DNA from: an uncultured delta proteobacterium
Lineage (GTDB): Bacteria > Myxococcota > Myxococcia > Myxococcales > Myxococcaceae
Direction: 5' to 3'
Assembly (NCBI GenBank): GCA_963796055.1
Contig: CAWCKH010000004.1
Span: forward strand, 2,016,001 to 2,080,000
DNA length: 64,000 nucleotides
Positions 62,980-64,000 of the stretch are shown here, one piece after another. A model generated the notes under the pieces. The model was not told the origin of the DNA, searched no databases, and worked only from the letters and a program-made list of their open reading frames with translations. Within the stretch, counting starts at the first letter, position 1; each line of letters starts with the position of its first letter. The translations under genes and the position numbers were made by a program.

Positions 62980-63339
62980 ATGAAGTTCCTGATGACGTAT
63001 GCCGCGATCCCTGGTGCTCCCCCGCCCACGCCGGAGCAGATGGCCCGCATCGGCGCCTATTCCGAGAAGATGGCCAAGGCCGGCGTGCTGCTCATGACGG
63101 GCGGCCTGGTTCGTCCCTCCCGCGGCCTGCAGATGCGCTGCCAGGGCGGGAAGGTCAGCGTCACCGACGGACCGTTCGCCGAGTCGAAGGAGCTCATCGA
63201 CGGGTTTGCGCTGGTGAAGGTGGCCTCGCGCGAGGAGGCGGTGAAGCTGGCCACCGAGTTCATGCAGATTGCCGGTGACGGCACGGGCGAGGTCCTTCAG
63301 GTGTTCGACGCTGCCGAGGGCGGCCCGCCCGGTCCGTGA
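62980..63339 (+). CDS. YciI/DGPF family protein
   Basis: VTDGPFAESKELIDGF; RBS AAGGAG. Confidence 0.9.
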   Translation: MKFLMTYAAIPGAPPPTPEQMARIGAYSEKMAKAGVLLMTGGLVRPSRGLQMRCQGGKVSVTDGPFAESKELIDGFALVKVASREEAVKLATEFMQIAGDGTGEVLQVFDAAEGGPPGP

Positions 63340-63407
63340 CGGTCGCGCTCGCCGGCGCGCCCTGAACAGGGGGTGCGCCGGGAGGGGTCCTGGTAGCGTC
63401 CGGTGCG

Positions 63408-64000
63408 GTGAAGGCCGGCACGCACGAGGCGATCACCCGGGTGTGGCGGGACGAGTCGGCGCGGCTCGTCGGTGCCCTGGTACGCCTCGTGGGGGACCTC
63501 GGGTCCGCCGAGGAGCTGGCGCAGGACGCGCTGGTCGCGGCGCTGGAGGAGTGGCCGACCTCGGGTGTGCCGGAACGTCCGGGCGCCTGGCTGATGGCCA
63601 CGGCGAAGAACCGGGCGCTCAACGTCCTCCAGCGCACCCGGATGCTGGACCGGAAGCACCAGGCCCTCGAACGCGAGTCGGTCACTCAGGTCACGCCCCA
63701 GCTCGAATCGGCCATGGACGAACAGGTCCGCGACGATGCGCTCCGGCTGCTCTTCATCGCCTGCCATCCGGTGCTGTCCCGCGAGGCCCGGGTCGCGCTC
63801 ACCCTCCGGCTCGCGGGCGGGCTGTCGACGGAGGAGATCGCTCGCGCCTTCCTGGTGCCCGAGCCGACCATGGCCCAGCGTCTTGTCCGGGCGAAGCGTG
63901 CCCTCTCCTCCGCCGGGGCGCGGTTCGAGCTGCCGCGGGGCGATGCCCTGGCTGAGCGGCTCGCCGCGGTGCTGGAGGTCGTCTACCTCGTCTTCAACGA
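63408..64000 (+). CDS. ECF42-type sigma factor, runs off window edge
   Basis: Manual translation: VWRDESARLVGALVRLVGDLGSAEELAQDALVAALEEWP..PGAWLMATAKNRA..LRLLFIACHPVL..TMAQRLVRAK..VYLVFN; adjacent DGPF gene. Confidence 0.9.
   Translation, partial: MKAGTHEAITRVWRDESARLVGALVRLVGDLGSAEELAQDALVAALEEWPTSGVPERPGAWLMATAKNRALNVLQRTRMLDRKHQALERESVTQVTPQLESAMDEQVRDDALRLLFIACHPVLSREARVALTLRLAGGLSTEEIARAFLVPEPTMAQRLVRAKRALSSAGARFELPRGDALAERLAAVLEVVYLVFN

Overview
High-GC (~70% by eye) bacterial chromosome segment whose gene content (eukaryote-like Ser/Thr kinases, CHAT protease, ECF sigma factors, many lipoproteins) suggests a myxobacterium (inference). Main elements: (1) a divergent CHAT protease / ECF sigma / membrane anti-sigma module next to a receptor kinase; (2) a RAYT-type HUH Y1 transposase with at least nine copies of a CGTC-tagged 17-bp palindrome (GAGGTGT-YTG-ACACCTC) dispersed over 38 kb, two supplying gene stop codons and one lying inside a coding region; (3) a 13.6-kb back-to-back molybdoenzyme locus with a form I aerobic CO dehydrogenase operon (coxMSL, AYRCSFR motif) and a form II coxSLM operon (AYRGAGR) plus accessory genes; (4) prfC followed by a decayed duplicate of its own 3' end and a mosaic of gene remnants; (5) housekeeping genes (rnd, ttcA, M20 and M32 peptidases, SF1 helicase, ABC-2 transporter) and an ECF42/YciI pair. 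Several genes carry single-base frameshifts that may be sequencing errors. No rRNA, tRNA or CRISPR array was seen. Family assignments are from motif recognition only; no searches were run.
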